From: Schmidtea nova
Lineage: Eukaryota
Assembly (NCBI GenBank): GCA_044892505.1
Contig: CM097883.1
Span: 185,690,001-185,754,000 of the forward strand
Reading direction: 5' to 3'
Length of the DNA: 64,000 nucleotides
In this document: in pieces, positions 13,354 to 24,192 of the stretch
Numbering within the stretch: the stretch's first letter is position 1
Layout of the letters: each line of letters opens with the position of its first letter
Notes under the pieces: generated by a model
What the model saw: the letters and a program-made list of their open reading frames with translations, nothing else
What the model was told of the DNA's origin: nothing
The model's database searches: none
Position numbers and translations under genes: made by a program

Positions 13354-13790
13354 CGAATGTCGTTCGAAATAAATGTTCTAGCCGGGTTGAACTTCGTTGA
13401 TCATCCAGTACTCTAAACCGTTGTAAAAATTAAATAAACACAGAACACTAGGTAATTAATGACTGAGAATCGTGTAAAAAACATAACAAGTAACGGCTAA
13501 TGCCGAAAAATCAAACATTAGGAAAATGGGAATTTGTGACAAAGTTACTTTTGTTTTCTTTTTGAATTTTCTTTATTATTATTATTATAAATCCTCCTCA
13601 TCATTATTATATTGATACAAATTTCATTACTATAAGTCTTCCTCATTACTATTATTATATTGATTATCTATATTATATCGACCATTAGGACGAGCAATAA
13701 GTAGCGTAATAAAAATTGATTTTATAAGGAGAATCTTCTGAAATAGAGCGATAAATGAGTGTCTGAGTAGGAAACGGGAAAATAGTACAC

Positions 13791-13859
13791 AAATTCATAA
13801 CTGAGCTATCAAAAGATAGTACGCCAAATTCTAACTGAGCTATCAAAAGATAGTACGTC
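13791..13859. repeat. 35-bp tandem duplication, each unit with a ctatc-aaaa-gatag hairpin
   Basis: aaattcataactgagctatcaaaagatagtacgcc followed by aaattctaactgagctatcaaaagatagtacgtc. Confidence 0.85.
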
Positions 13860-14372
13860 AATATTTTTGTTGTTAAAAATTAGCAGACAACAAACGGGGA
13901 AAAAACTTGATCACCCTGAGGAAAGAGAGTAGAATAGGATATCCATCGCATATGTTGGCGAAATTTCGTTTGTGACTGATCATCACAAATTGCGAAACGA
14001 GTTAACGCGATTATTTTACGATTTTGAATTAGGTGAAAGGGTAACCCGTAATGTTCGTCTTATACACCAGTTTACCAAGGCATGATTGGTACACTGAGGT
14101 AGAAGACAGTAACATGAATAAAGAGAAAGTTGCTGAGAAAATTAGATGCAGATTTTAGAAAGTCGAAAGAGTAAAAAGTGAATTTCGATGATAATAGTAG
14201 ATGATAGTATAACGAGAAAAGATTCTACCATGGTAGTTAAGGAATAAATTCGTAATTGAGAAGTAGTAGAACAATTTGAGAAAAACAGTCAGCAACAGCG
14301 AATTTATTTAAAAATTTGAGAATAGGGAAACGAGTGATTGAATAGCATAAAGAGAACAATTGAAGACGGCGG

Positions 14373-14650
14373 AGATAATTGAGAAACTTTGAGAGTCCAT
14401 TAAGAGACTTTGAGAGTCCAGATAATTGAGAAACTTTGAGAGTTCAGGAAGAGACTTTGAGAGTCCAGTAAGAGACTTTGAGAGTCCAGTAAGAGACTTT
14501 GAGAGTCCAGATAATTGAGAGACTTTGAGAGTCCAGGTAATTTAGAGACTTTGAGAGTCCAGATAATTGAGCGCTCTGGGAGAGACTTTGAGAGTCCAGA
14601 TAATTGAGAAACTTTGAGAGTTCATGTATGTGAGAGACTCTGAGAGTCCA
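14373..14650. repeat. Minisatellite: 11 copies of core ga(g/a)actttgagagt(c/t)ca with short variable linkers
   Basis: Counted directly. Linkers include gtaa, gataatt and ggtaattta. Lies in the non-coding leader of the 1035-aa ORF. Confidence 0.9.
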
Positions 14651-15409
14651 ATGTTTGTGAATATTGTTGAGAAATTTAGGAAAACGTTTGAGAGATAGAA
14701 TTAAATAAAACTGCGCAGTTATAATTTCGTTATGACAGAGAGAAACGTTGAACGAGAATACTTAAGGTGTAGTAATATAAACCGTTAACAAGAGCAGATA
14801 AAAGATATCGAGAAATACTTAGGAAATAAAATAATGGCCATGAATAGATAACGAACAAGACATTTTTTCCTCGAATGCCGAGATGAGTATGATTATACTG
14901 TTATTATAGTATTAGTATTGTTATTATTATTGTTATTATTATTATTATTATCAGGGTATAGATAATTGATACGACTATATAGACAATTATTACGAGATAT
15001 AGATAATTTAAAATCTGAGCTCAGAGTAGAAGGGGGGTAAATAGCGTCGATGAAGAAGCGATTTTTTATTTAGATTGTCCAACAGATCAAAGCCAAGCCA
15101 AGAGATAGTCAAATCAATCAGTTATTGAAGAGGTATATATAGAAGAAAAGAAGAAAAAGAAGTCTAATTGAAAAGGAAAGAAGTAAAAGAAAATAAATCA
15201 AAGAAGATCCAATTGAAGATAAAAGAGAGATCAGCAATCGATATTAAACGCAAATCGATAATATTACCAAACCAACGAAGTTCATAAAGTCGAAAGGTAG
15301 AGTCAAATCTCTAAAGAAACGACGAAAGGAAATTACAAAGAAGCAAAGCTGATAAATAAAGAAGTAAAATCCACAATATTAGAAGTTTGTAGCCGATTTT
15401 CAGAAAGAA

Positions 15410-18400
15410 ATGGAGAATCAGAAAGTTACCAGTGTAAACTCGGAAGATAATTTATTAGAAGAAGAGCAGAAAATAACCAGTCCAAACGTAGAAGATAATT
15501 TACAGGAAGAAGAAAAAGAAGTAGTAACAATGAAAATGCAACTACAACAGAATATCGAAGGAAAAGTAAATGAAATGATAACCGAATTATCAGACGTTGA
15601 AATTGAAAGAAATGGAAATGTATATGAATTTTCAGTAAAAGATATGGAGGGAGAAGAAAAGAAGAAGTTTGTGGAGAAATATAACCGACAAAGAAGAGAA
15701 AGAAGAAGCAATGATGATACATGTAGCATGGACGAGAAATGGGATGAATCTACGACAATCAAATTAGAAGAAGTGGCACAAAGATTGTTAAACATTACCA
15801 TAGAAGAAATGACGAAAATGAATCAGAAGTCGGAAGAAAAAAGGAAATCAGCGAAGCTCGAAAGATCGAAACAAACAGAGACGTCAAAGACCGAACGATT
15901 AATCAGTAACCTAAGCAAGAGTGCAGGAAATCAATGTGAAACAACAACTGAATTACTAAAATGGGTTATAAAAAATAGTGCAAATATATCAAACATGAGA
16001 TTGATAGTGAGAGAAATCGAGAAATGCAGACGTTTATGCCCTTGGTATTCAACACAATTTGATGACATCATGAGAAAATGGAAACAACTGGAACAAACAA
16101 ACGATGATCCACAGATGTGCAGATTGAAAATTCAATTTCCGAATCTAGAAGAAATAAAGATGAATGTATCATTAACAACAAAGATCAAAGAGATAAAAGA
16201 GAGATTACCATTTAACTTACCATTTCACGTGAAATATGATGGAGAATCGCTGGATGATGATATAGAAATCGGTGTAACCCCGATACAAATCGAAACAAGT
16301 AATAAATTAACTGTTGATAAAATTGCAGGAAGCGAGTTGACCAGAAAAGCGAGAGGTGAAGATAATCCCGAAACAACGATAATTGCAATGATGAAAACTC
16401 CAGCTGGACCAACACTTACAATTAACATCGAGGTTAATGGTGTGAAAGTTGACGCGATGATAGATACTGGCGCAAATATATCAGCAATAGATATCGATAT
16501 GATACCAGAAATGTTACGGTTATGCATCGAGAAAACATCGGTAGACGTAATAACATGCAGCAAAGAATCTGTCAATATCGTTGGAAAGATATGGACGGAC
16601 ATCGAATACAAAAATGTGAAAATATCAACTTATTTGACAGTAATAAAACAACTAGGTGCACCATGCATTATTGGAACAGACTTAATACCAAAACTGTTAA
16701 AAGGATCTGTAATTGATTTGAATACGATGAAGTTGGAACACCTAATTGAAGAGAATTGCACAAGAGAAACAATGATAGAACAATCAAATCCAGAAACAAC
16801 CAGAAAAGGACAAGTATATATGTTTCGTGAGAATAAAAATGACGATTGGCTACATCGTATATTAACTACGAGCAGAAAAGTAAATCAGTCAACAACAATA
16901 TCTGAACAACCTAAGATAGTTGACGATGTAAAAATGGAGCACCGCAAAAAGATGGAATTGATCATTGAGATTACCAAAGAAATTATGCCAGAATGGTCAA
17001 AAAGTAAAGATCTATTTGAAATATTAGGAGGAGTAAGCCTGATGGTTGAGGAATATGCCAAAGGAAATGAAACGACAGAAGCGATGAATACCATAAAAGA
17101 AAGATTACCAATATTATTTACAATTGCCAGTTTTAAAGATGAGATACCGTTATACCACGCAATAAAAAGTGGGAATGAACAGAGAATGTTTGAAATCATA
17201 AAACTCATGGAAAAGTGTAAACAACATACCAACACGAAAAATTGGAAAGATCAAACACCCTTGATGATAGCAATTGAAAAAGGAGGATCCAAGAAACTCA
17301 TAGCAGAACTGATGAGAACCGGATCAAGTTTTAAAGAAAGAGATGATAAAAATGAAACGGTGTTATCATATGCAGTGCAAGCAAATAACCATCAAATAAT
17401 CAAATATATTATGACAAATGCTACAGAAGAAGATATTGAAGTACTCAGTTCAGATCCAAATCCATTAGTAAATGCAGTAAACAAAGATGCGGACGAAACA
17501 ACAGCCAAAATGATTAAATGGTTACATCCAGAGACGCACGAAGGAGTGATAAATGTCAATGACAGATTTGAAGACGGTGAAAATATGATAATGAAAAGAG
17601 CCATGAAAAGAAAATGGAAAATGTACAAAACGATTAAAGCATTGCTGCAAAGACCTGATTTTAGATTTACGAACAACAAAAAAGAAAAAGAAAGAATTAG
17701 ATCTAAAAGACATGAATTATATCAGCAAGTCATCATATGGAAGGAAAATATAAAAGAAAGCAGAATTCACCGAAGTTGGAACAACGCCAAAGATGAGATA
17801 ACCAAGAGAGCAAATATAAAAGCCGAAGCAGATGAAATAGCTAAAAGATATGAGGAAATAATAAAATTAATAAATGTCGAGGACGACATTTTAAACGGAA
17901 CCGAGGGTGGTTCCGATGATCACAATAAGCCTGACGATGAAGATGAAGAAAATGATAACAACAAAACAAAGAAAGATGACAATGAAAGTATCAACAGAAA
18001 CAATGACAAAGACGAGAAAGATGATGGAAAAAGCAACAAAGATGAAAATGGGAACAAAAGTGATGAACCCAAGCAAGAAACTTCAAATTATGAGAAACGA
18101 ACAGCATGTCTACATAAAACTCGAATAAAAGACATAATATTACTGATATTGATGCTGTCAGCATTGAAAGGAACGGAAGCTGATGACAAGAGAAAACCAG
18201 TACAAGTATTAATACAAGGAGCAGATAATGAAGAAGCATGTTGGAGTAGCGTAAAATTGCAAATTAAAGGAGATAATCCAGTCAAATGTCAACGAGCAGA
18301 AGGAGGAGAAATCCGAATAAATGGATTAAAACGAGAAACGAAATATAAAATCTGTGTTTACAAAAAGAAAGCAGCACAAGAAATGTTTAGAACACTCGTA

Positions 18401-18517
18401 TGCCAGATAGTTGCACATAATGGTTCAAAAGTCACCCAAGAAGACATAAAAGTCATATTAACCGACGAGCCAGATGAGAACATCAGAATGTCGTCGAAAC
18501 GCAAGTTGTCAGAGTAA
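15410..18517 (+). CDS. 1035-aa polyprotein: charged/coiled N-terminus, ubiquitin-like domain, retropepsin aspartic protease, ankyrin repeats, acidic linker, hydrophobic segment, FN3-like C-terminus
   Basis: Protease IEVNGVKVDAMIDTGANIS...CIIGTDLI (DTG at 16463-71). Ankyrin-like IPLYHAIKSG, TPLMIAIEKG, TVLSYAVQAN, NPLVNAVN (~17138-17600). Ubl-like RLKIQFPNLEEIKMNVSLTTKIKEIKERL...YDGESLDDD (~16118-16300, tentative). FN3-like IRINGLKRETKYKICV (tentative). Confidence 0.85.
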   Translation: MENQKVTSVNSEDNLLEEEQKITSPNVEDNLQEEEKEVVTMKMQLQQNIEGKVNEMITELSDVEIERNGNVYEFSVKDMEGEEKKKFVEKYNRQRRERRSNDDTCSMDEKWDESTTIKLEEVAQRLLNITIEEMTKMNQKSEEKRKSAKLERSKQTETSKTERLISNLSKSAGNQCETTTELLKWVIKNSANISNMRLIVREIEKCRRLCPWYSTQFDDIMRKWKQLEQTNDDPQMCRLKIQFPNLEEIKMNVSLTTKIKEIKERLPFNLPFHVKYDGESLDDDIEIGVTPIQIETSNKLTVDKIAGSELTRKARGEDNPETTIIAMMKTPAGPTLTINIEVNGVKVDAMIDTGANISAIDIDMIPEMLRLCIEKTSVDVITCSKESVNIVGKIWTDIEYKNVKISTYLTVIKQLGAPCIIGTDLIPKLLKGSVIDLNTMKLEHLIEENCTRETMIEQSNPETTRKGQVYMFRENKNDDWLHRILTTSRKVNQSTTISEQPKIVDDVKMEHRKKMELIIEITKEIMPEWSKSKDLFEILGGVSLMVEEYAKGNETTEAMNTIKERLPILFTIASFKDEIPLYHAIKSGNEQRMFEIIKLMEKCKQHTNTKNWKDQTPLMIAIEKGGSKKLIAELMRTGSSFKERDDKNETVLSYAVQANNHQIIKYIMTNATEEDIEVLSSDPNPLVNAVNKDADETTAKMIKWLHPETHEGVINVNDRFEDGENMIMKRAMKRKWKMYKTIKALLQRPDFRFTNNKKEKERIRSKRHELYQQVIIWKENIKESRIHRSWNNAKDEITKRANIKAEADEIAKRYEEIIKLINVEDDILNGTEGGSDDHNKPDDEDEENDNNKTKKDDNESINRNNDKDEKDDGKSNKDENGNKSDEPKQETSNYEKRTACLHKTRIKDIILLILMLSALKGTEADDKRKPVQVLIQGADNEEACWSSVKLQIKGDNPVKCQRAEGGEIRINGLKRETKYKICVYKKKAAQEMFRTLVCQIVAHNGSKVTQEDIKVILTDEPDENIRMSSKRKLSE

Positions 18518-18675
18518 CCAGTGGAAGGAACAGTGTATATAGTGTATAAAATTATATTGTATTATAAAAGTAGAATATTTTTTTGTATAATAAAAATTTA
18601 AAAAAAAAAATCCAAAAAATGAATACCTCAAAACTGGGAAAAACAAATGATAATATTGTGTAATTATTGACAGAA

Positions 18676-19311
18676 ATGAATCCGAACAACGAGAATCAAA
18701 GTTATCAAACATCAGTTCCAACGTTCAATGAACCATCAAATCAAACTCAGTTTCCAGAAGATACCAATATACGAGAAAGAGAAGGGTCACTGCAAACCCC
18801 AGTAATCGAAAATGAAACGCAAAATCCAACAATTGACAATAGAAACCTGATATACCAAGTCGAAATTCCACTATTTGATGAAACCATGAACCCAATTCAA
18901 ACGACATTCGTATTAAATCAACAACCAACAAATAGCCAGACTCAATCAATATCAGCTCCGATGGTTTATCAGCAGACAATGACGCAAGAGTTATCATGGA
19001 AAACGCAATGTGAATTATTAAGCAGGATGTTGAATCAAGCCTACGCACAATGGAAAAACGAACAAGCTTTGTTAACAGAAAGTGTAAACAGAAATTTATT
19101 ATATCTTGCTAAAATGGAAGAACAACAACAAATGATAATCCAAAAGGACCAGAGAATTGAATGGTTAACAAGACATACGGAGTGGCAAACAAACGAAATC
19201 AGAAGATTGAATGAGACGCGAGAAGAAGTCAGAGCATGGTATAACTGGTTAGACAATTTTCCAGAACCGGTTCGAGAGCCTGACTCGACGGGAAGGGATG
19301 AACTATTATAA
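18676..19311 (+). CDS. ~211-aa protein of unknown function (Q/N/P/T-rich N-terminus, coiled-coil C-terminus)
   Basis: Open frame with the same codon style as its neighbours. The first ATG (18676) is preceded by ttgacag-aa. Confidence 0.7.
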   Translation: MNPNNENQSYQTSVPTFNEPSNQTQFPEDTNIREREGSLQTPVIENETQNPTIDNRNLIYQVEIPLFDETMNPIQTTFVLNQQPTNSQTQSISAPMVYQQTMTQELSWKTQCELLSRMLNQAYAQWKNEQALLTESVNRNLLYLAKMEEQQQMIIQKDQRIEWLTRHTEWQTNEIRRLNETREEVRAWYNWLDNFPEPVREPDSTGRDELL

Positions 19312-19405
19312 AAATTTAAAACCAGTGTAAATAAAATGTAAAAATGTGAATATGAATAAAACTTGGTATAAAGAGCAAAACGAAAAAATTATAAATTATT
19401 TTAGA

Positions 19406-20809
19406 ATGCAGACCGAGAATCAGCAGAAACAAGAGGAATTGATCGAACTATATCAGATACTACAGAGACAACGGATAGAACCAACAGAATTTCAAGAAAG
19501 ATTTAAATGTAAAGTATGTAGAAATTTATTGATAGAACCCAGACAAACTGAATGTGGATGTCGAATATGCACTAATTGCGTGATGAAAATAATACGAACA
19601 AAACAGAAGCTATGTCCTGAATGTGGTGAAGCAATAATAGACCAATTTGACCAAACCAGACCAGATATCGCAATGAATCGGGAAATAATGAACGCAGCAA
19701 CAACCTGTCCAAATAAACCATGTGCATGGAGTGGGCCAATAAAATGGATCGCCAAACACCTTTATAATTGTGATGATACGAAAGCCAAATGCAAGTGGTG
19801 TGAAGAAGAAATTTTGAAGAAAGTCAAAGACAGTCATGAGGAAATGTGTGAACAACGACAGGAAATCTGTGAGTTTTGCAACGAAACAGACGCTTGGATA
19901 GTGTTAAAAGATGAGCATTGGAATATAGAAGAAGGGCAAGTATGTGACGAGTATGAAGGTAATTGTAATCAATGTGGAATGGCAGAAAACGTGAAGCTAA
20001 AAGAACATTGGGAAATATGCGAAAAGAAGCCTACTGCATGTCCACTAAAATTATTCAATTGCAAAGCGAGATTACCAAAATAGGAAATACAAAAGCATGT
20101 GGATGAAAATAGTGTAAATCATTTGAGAACCATTGTGGAAGCTATTGGAGCAACCGCGCTGGTAATTGGAGAAGCCAACACAGAAATAAAATCACACAAA
20201 ATCATGATACAAGAGATGTTGGATACGAGAGGAAATTTTGAAAGAATAAGAGAACAAATGATCCAAAAAATGATACTATTAGACCAGAAAATAGCAGAAA
20301 TATCAACAATCCAACAAAGATTGGAAAGCATATTGCCAACAATGGAAGAACTACCCGTCACACCCTACTATTGGAAAATCACAGAATTTACAGAGAAATT
20401 GAGACTAGCAAGAGAAGGAGGTCAACGTGTATGGACAAGTCCACCTTGTCACAGTTGGAAACATGGTTACAAGCTTAGATTCAAAGTATATCTAACGGGA
20501 GACGGACTAGGAGCCGGAACTCATTTATCTGTATATTTTCAAATATGCAAAGGAGATTATGATGATTGGTTAGAATGGCCCTACGATTGCGATATAACTA
20601 TGATGATCGGAACAAAGGAAAACAACGTTCGGGAAGTATTCAGACCAAACTTGAGGAAGGTAGAAGCAGCTTATAAGAAGCCGATCGAAAACTACAACGT
20701 AGCTGTAGGAAATCCACGTTTTATTGCACTACATTATTTAACCATAGAACAATCATTATATTTGGTAAATAATATCCTGTATCTGATTATCGAAGTAAGA
20801 AAGCCGTAG
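19406..20809 (+). CDS. TRAF-family protein (RING, TRAF zinc fingers, coiled coil, MATH) interrupted by one in-frame TAG at 20081-20083
   Basis: RING CKVCRNLLIEPRQTECGCRICTNC...CPEC; zinc finger CPNKPCAWSGPIKWIAKHLYNC; MATH YYWKITEF...SPP...GYKLRFKVYLTGDGLGAGTHLSVYFQICKGDYDDWLEWP. Track ORFs 19346-20083 and 20099-20809 are in the same frame (LPK*EIQKHVDENSVNHL). The start could alternatively be the ATG at 19352. Confidence 0.9.
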
Positions 20810-21041
20810 TGAAGATGGAAAAAGTGTAAATATGTCTGTATTATAATGAAGTATCTGTATCATAATGTACAAAATAAAATTAGAAAATCACAATAAACAT
20901 AAAAATCAAAAAGAAATATAAAAATGAGAAAAACCAAAAAAAAAAAAAAAATCAAATATAAAAATGAGAAAAATCAAAATTTTGTAAATATAGAAAACAA
21001 AAAATTGTGAAAAATATAATGGAGAAAATATTGTAGATACA

Positions 21042-22211
21042 ATGACTGAAAGGAAGATCGTGAAAATACGAGAAGATGACAGATCATTCAAATGTTTATG
21101 CGAATTAATGAAAAGAGATAAAGAAAAGATGTCAAAACCAATTACCTCAGAAATGATCCATTGTCGATTTACACGAACAATATCGAATGTTCCTAAGGAA
21201 AGGAGTTATGGAAAATTCAAAATTATTGATGAAACGTTAAAAAACGAGAACCGAAGATATATAACCTTTTTACAACAAGACAACTTCTATGAAAAGCAAT
21301 ACAGAAAATTTGCCAAAGATGGTTTGTATTTTGCAGGGACAATTGAGAAACCCGATAAAGTAGCCTGTGTATTTTGCAGAATTGAAATAGAACCTTGGAG
21401 AATTAACGATGATCCACTAACAGAACATAGAAAACTTTCACCCACATGCCAGTTTGTGTTAAAGGCTTGCGAAAAACCAAGAAAATCAGCAACAATGAAC
21501 AATAATGAAGAAGAAAAACCCAAAATAGTAACGATAACTTCAACAGGTCCAGCAAAGATACGATTCATAGAAGTTGACCCAAAATACACGATTAATGGGA
21601 GAACTAACACTTTTGTAGATAAAAAGATGGGTATCAGATTAGCAATAGAAGGTTTTTATGCAATAAATGAATCAACCGCTGAATGTTCAGAGTGTGGAAT
21701 ACAATATCAATTACCAAAAATGGAAGGAGAATACCTGAAACACAACGAATATTGTAAATATAGAGAAGAATTATATGAAGACGAAGAACCGATCAATTAT
21801 AAAAACCCAGAGATGCCTGTTAATGAATTATTAGTAGACAAGATATTAGATGAACCACGAACTCAAAAGGCAATGGAATGCACCGGCAAAAGCGAAATAT
21901 TTATGAAAGAAGTCATCAGAGAGAGATTGAGAAGAAATGGAGAAACATTTGGATCAACCCTAGAATTCTTTAAAGCTATAATACAGTTCACCAGAAAATC
22001 CCAAGTTGTCAACCCAGAATCATGTATCAAGAAAATTATATTAAATAAACACCCCTGTTCAATCTGTTGGATAAAGAAAGTGGAAGTTATTCATTTACCG
22101 TGTGGACATCTGTTAGCATGTGAAAATTGTAGCAATAAATTGAGATTGTGCTCAATGTGCAGGAAACCGATCGACAAACGGATCAAGGGATTCCGTTATG
22201 CCGATCAATAA
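21042..22211 (+). CDS. Inhibitor-of-apoptosis (IAP)-like protein: BIR, degenerate BIR, UBA-like segment, RING
   Basis: Canonical CX2CX16HX6C BIR (CVFC...DDPLTEHRKLSPTC); a second BIR-like unit (GRTNTF...LAIEGFY...CSEC...KHNEYC); a UBA-like segment (KAMECTG...VIRERLRRNGETF); RING CSICWIKKVEVIHLPCGHLLACENC...CSMCRKPI. Confidence 0.92.
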   Translation: MTERKIVKIREDDRSFKCLCELMKRDKEKMSKPITSEMIHCRFTRTISNVPKERSYGKFKIIDETLKNENRRYITFLQQDNFYEKQYRKFAKDGLYFAGTIEKPDKVACVFCRIEIEPWRINDDPLTEHRKLSPTCQFVLKACEKPRKSATMNNNEEEKPKIVTITSTGPAKIRFIEVDPKYTINGRTNTFVDKKMGIRLAIEGFYAINESTAECSECGIQYQLPKMEGEYLKHNEYCKYREELYEDEEPINYKNPEMPVNELLVDKILDEPRTQKAMECTGKSEIFMKEVIRERLRRNGETFGSTLEFFKAIIQFTRKSQVVNPESCIKKIILNKHPCSICWIKKVEVIHLPCGHLLACENCSNKLRLCSMCRKPIDKRIKGFRYADQ

Positions 22212-22345
22212 TCCAATCAAGCAACCTTGTAAATAAATTGTAAAGATTTTAACTTCAATTAATGTATACAAGTATTATTTAATAAGCATGAGCAACAAAA
22301 AATGTATAAACAAAAGGAAATTACCCATGTTATTATTATTTCAGA

Positions 22346-23893
22346 ATGAATATACAACAATTGATAGACATCCTAGATCAGGAGATGGCAAAAAGACAAG
22401 AGCAACTAGATCAAATGAGAAGCTATGAACAAAGAATGGAAGCCATCCAAGAGAACGTTAAAATGATTGAAAAACGAACCCAAGAGATCAATAAAATAAA
22501 AGAGGAAAATGAGGAACTACGAAAGATAATAAATGACAAGGCGCATATCGAAGCTGAACTAGGAAATTATAAACGAGAGTACAGGGAAATGGAGAGAAAA
22601 CTCGAGCACGAACAACGAAAGTCGGTACCGTTGAAAAACCAAGCGAGATTAAGAAAAGATGAGCTCGAAACTTATAAAAGAGATACCGAAACAAGATATG
22701 ACAACTCCATAAGATTCTATCAGCAGCAACTCGAAAGTGAAAGGAACAGATATGAAGCCATGAAAAAGAAATGGGAAAAGTGTCGAGATGAAGCATTTGC
22801 TTTGAGAGGACAACCTCAAAAGAAGCTTAAAGTCAGAACAAGAAACATTGAGCCTGAAAGCGAACAAGAAAAGATCATTAGAAAAGTTAAAGCAGAGGCT
22901 AGGAAATGGAAACAAGAACACCAAGATTTATTGGAAATGGCTCGACACAGAAAAACGCTACAGGAAGAATTATTAAGACGGAGAGACGTTCAAATCGAAG
23001 CTCTGAAAGAGGAATGTCATTGGTATGCAGACATACGTCATGAGGAAACGGAGAAACTCAGAAAAGAAACATTCCAGTTGAAAACGAGCGGACAATTCAG
23101 AGAACGAAGCATAAGGCATCAAATAAAGTGGCTAAAAGAACAAGCCAGAACATGGAAAAAGACCTGGAAAAGAACTCGAGACGAACTACGAGAATTCCCA
23201 AAGAAGCTGATGTCAATAAATGAAGCAGAATTGTGGGAGAATGCAGAAAAGCAAGAGATAGAAAACAAAGAATTAAGACGGCAAGTTCAATTAAAAACTG
23301 AATGGAATCAAAGGAGAATGAAATTTACCAGGAATCAAGAAGCTCGTATCAAATATCTGGAATTTGAAAATAGGCAATATGATCAACAGAAGAATATGGA
23401 TGATCAAAGTATTGAAGAACTGACAATAGAATTGACTATTGCAAACCGTGAAGTCAACGGATATCGAGGAACAAATACTCATAAAGATATTGTCATTCAA
23501 CACCAGCGACGGCAGATAGAAGAGACAAAGGCCGAATGTGAAAAAGCAATCCAGCAATCCCAAAAGGAAATTGAAATGGCTATCCAAAGTTTGGAAGAAA
23601 ACCGCCAAAACTATGAAAGAGAAATTGAAAGGCTGAGAAATATGGAAAATACGAGAGAGCTCGAGATAGAAAAGGAACAGCTGAGTGAAGAACTCGATTA
23701 TATGACATATTTGCTAGATGAAGAGATAGAAATCTCAAGAACTTTGCGAGAAAGAGTTCAGAGCCTACAAAATCAACCTCCAATAATTCTATGGCCACTA
23801 TATCCAACACCAATACAACCTGTACATTTGGAGCAAGAAAATCCTCAAATCGAAGATGAAGGGTTCGGAGAAATTGAAGAGACGTTTGTATGA
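22346..23893 (+). CDS. 515-aa long coiled-coil protein, function unknown
   Basis: Uninterrupted E/K/R/Q-rich heptad-like ORF with an acidic, Pro-rich tail; tttcag-a-ATG start context. Confidence 0.8.
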   Translation: MNIQQLIDILDQEMAKRQEQLDQMRSYEQRMEAIQENVKMIEKRTQEINKIKEENEELRKIINDKAHIEAELGNYKREYREMERKLEHEQRKSVPLKNQARLRKDELETYKRDTETRYDNSIRFYQQQLESERNRYEAMKKKWEKCRDEAFALRGQPQKKLKVRTRNIEPESEQEKIIRKVKAEARKWKQEHQDLLEMARHRKTLQEELLRRRDVQIEALKEECHWYADIRHEETEKLRKETFQLKTSGQFRERSIRHQIKWLKEQARTWKKTWKRTRDELREFPKKLMSINEAELWENAEKQEIENKELRRQVQLKTEWNQRRMKFTRNQEARIKYLEFENRQYDQQKNMDDQSIEELTIELTIANREVNGYRGTNTHKDIVIQHQRRQIEETKAECEKAIQQSQKEIEMAIQSLEENRQNYEREIERLRNMENTRELEIEKEQLSEELDYMTYLLDEEIEISRTLRERVQSLQNQPPIILWPLYPTPIQPVHLEQENPQIEDEGFGEIEETFV

Positions 23894-24192
23894 ATAATAA
23901 AAGTGAATGTAAAGTGTAAAAAGAAGTCGAAATGTAAAGTGTAAAAAGAAATTGAAATGTAGTGTAAAAAGAAAACGTTGTAAAGAAATGTAAAAAGAAA
24001 AAGTCGTAAAATATATCCAAAAAATTAAATAAAAAGCAGAAAAAATAAAAAAAAAAAAAAAATTCGATAAAAAATAGAAAAAATGAAAAACAAATAAAAA
24101 TTAGAAAATGATAAAAATAATAAAAATGATAAAAACAAAAACAAAATTAATAAAACTATAGAAAAGAGTTATGAAAATTCAAATTATAGAAA

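Noticed and set aside
14373-14650. CRISPR-like look of the repeat/linker array
   Set aside because: Eukaryotic context; linkers are only ~4-20 nt and themselves repeated; no cas genes. It is a minisatellite.
16118-16745. Calling the Ubl + protease a host DDI1/DDI2 gene
   Set aside because: The protease has DTG and gypsy-like flap residues rather than the Ddi1 FVDSGAQ signature; there is no HDD spacer; it lies inside an LTR element.
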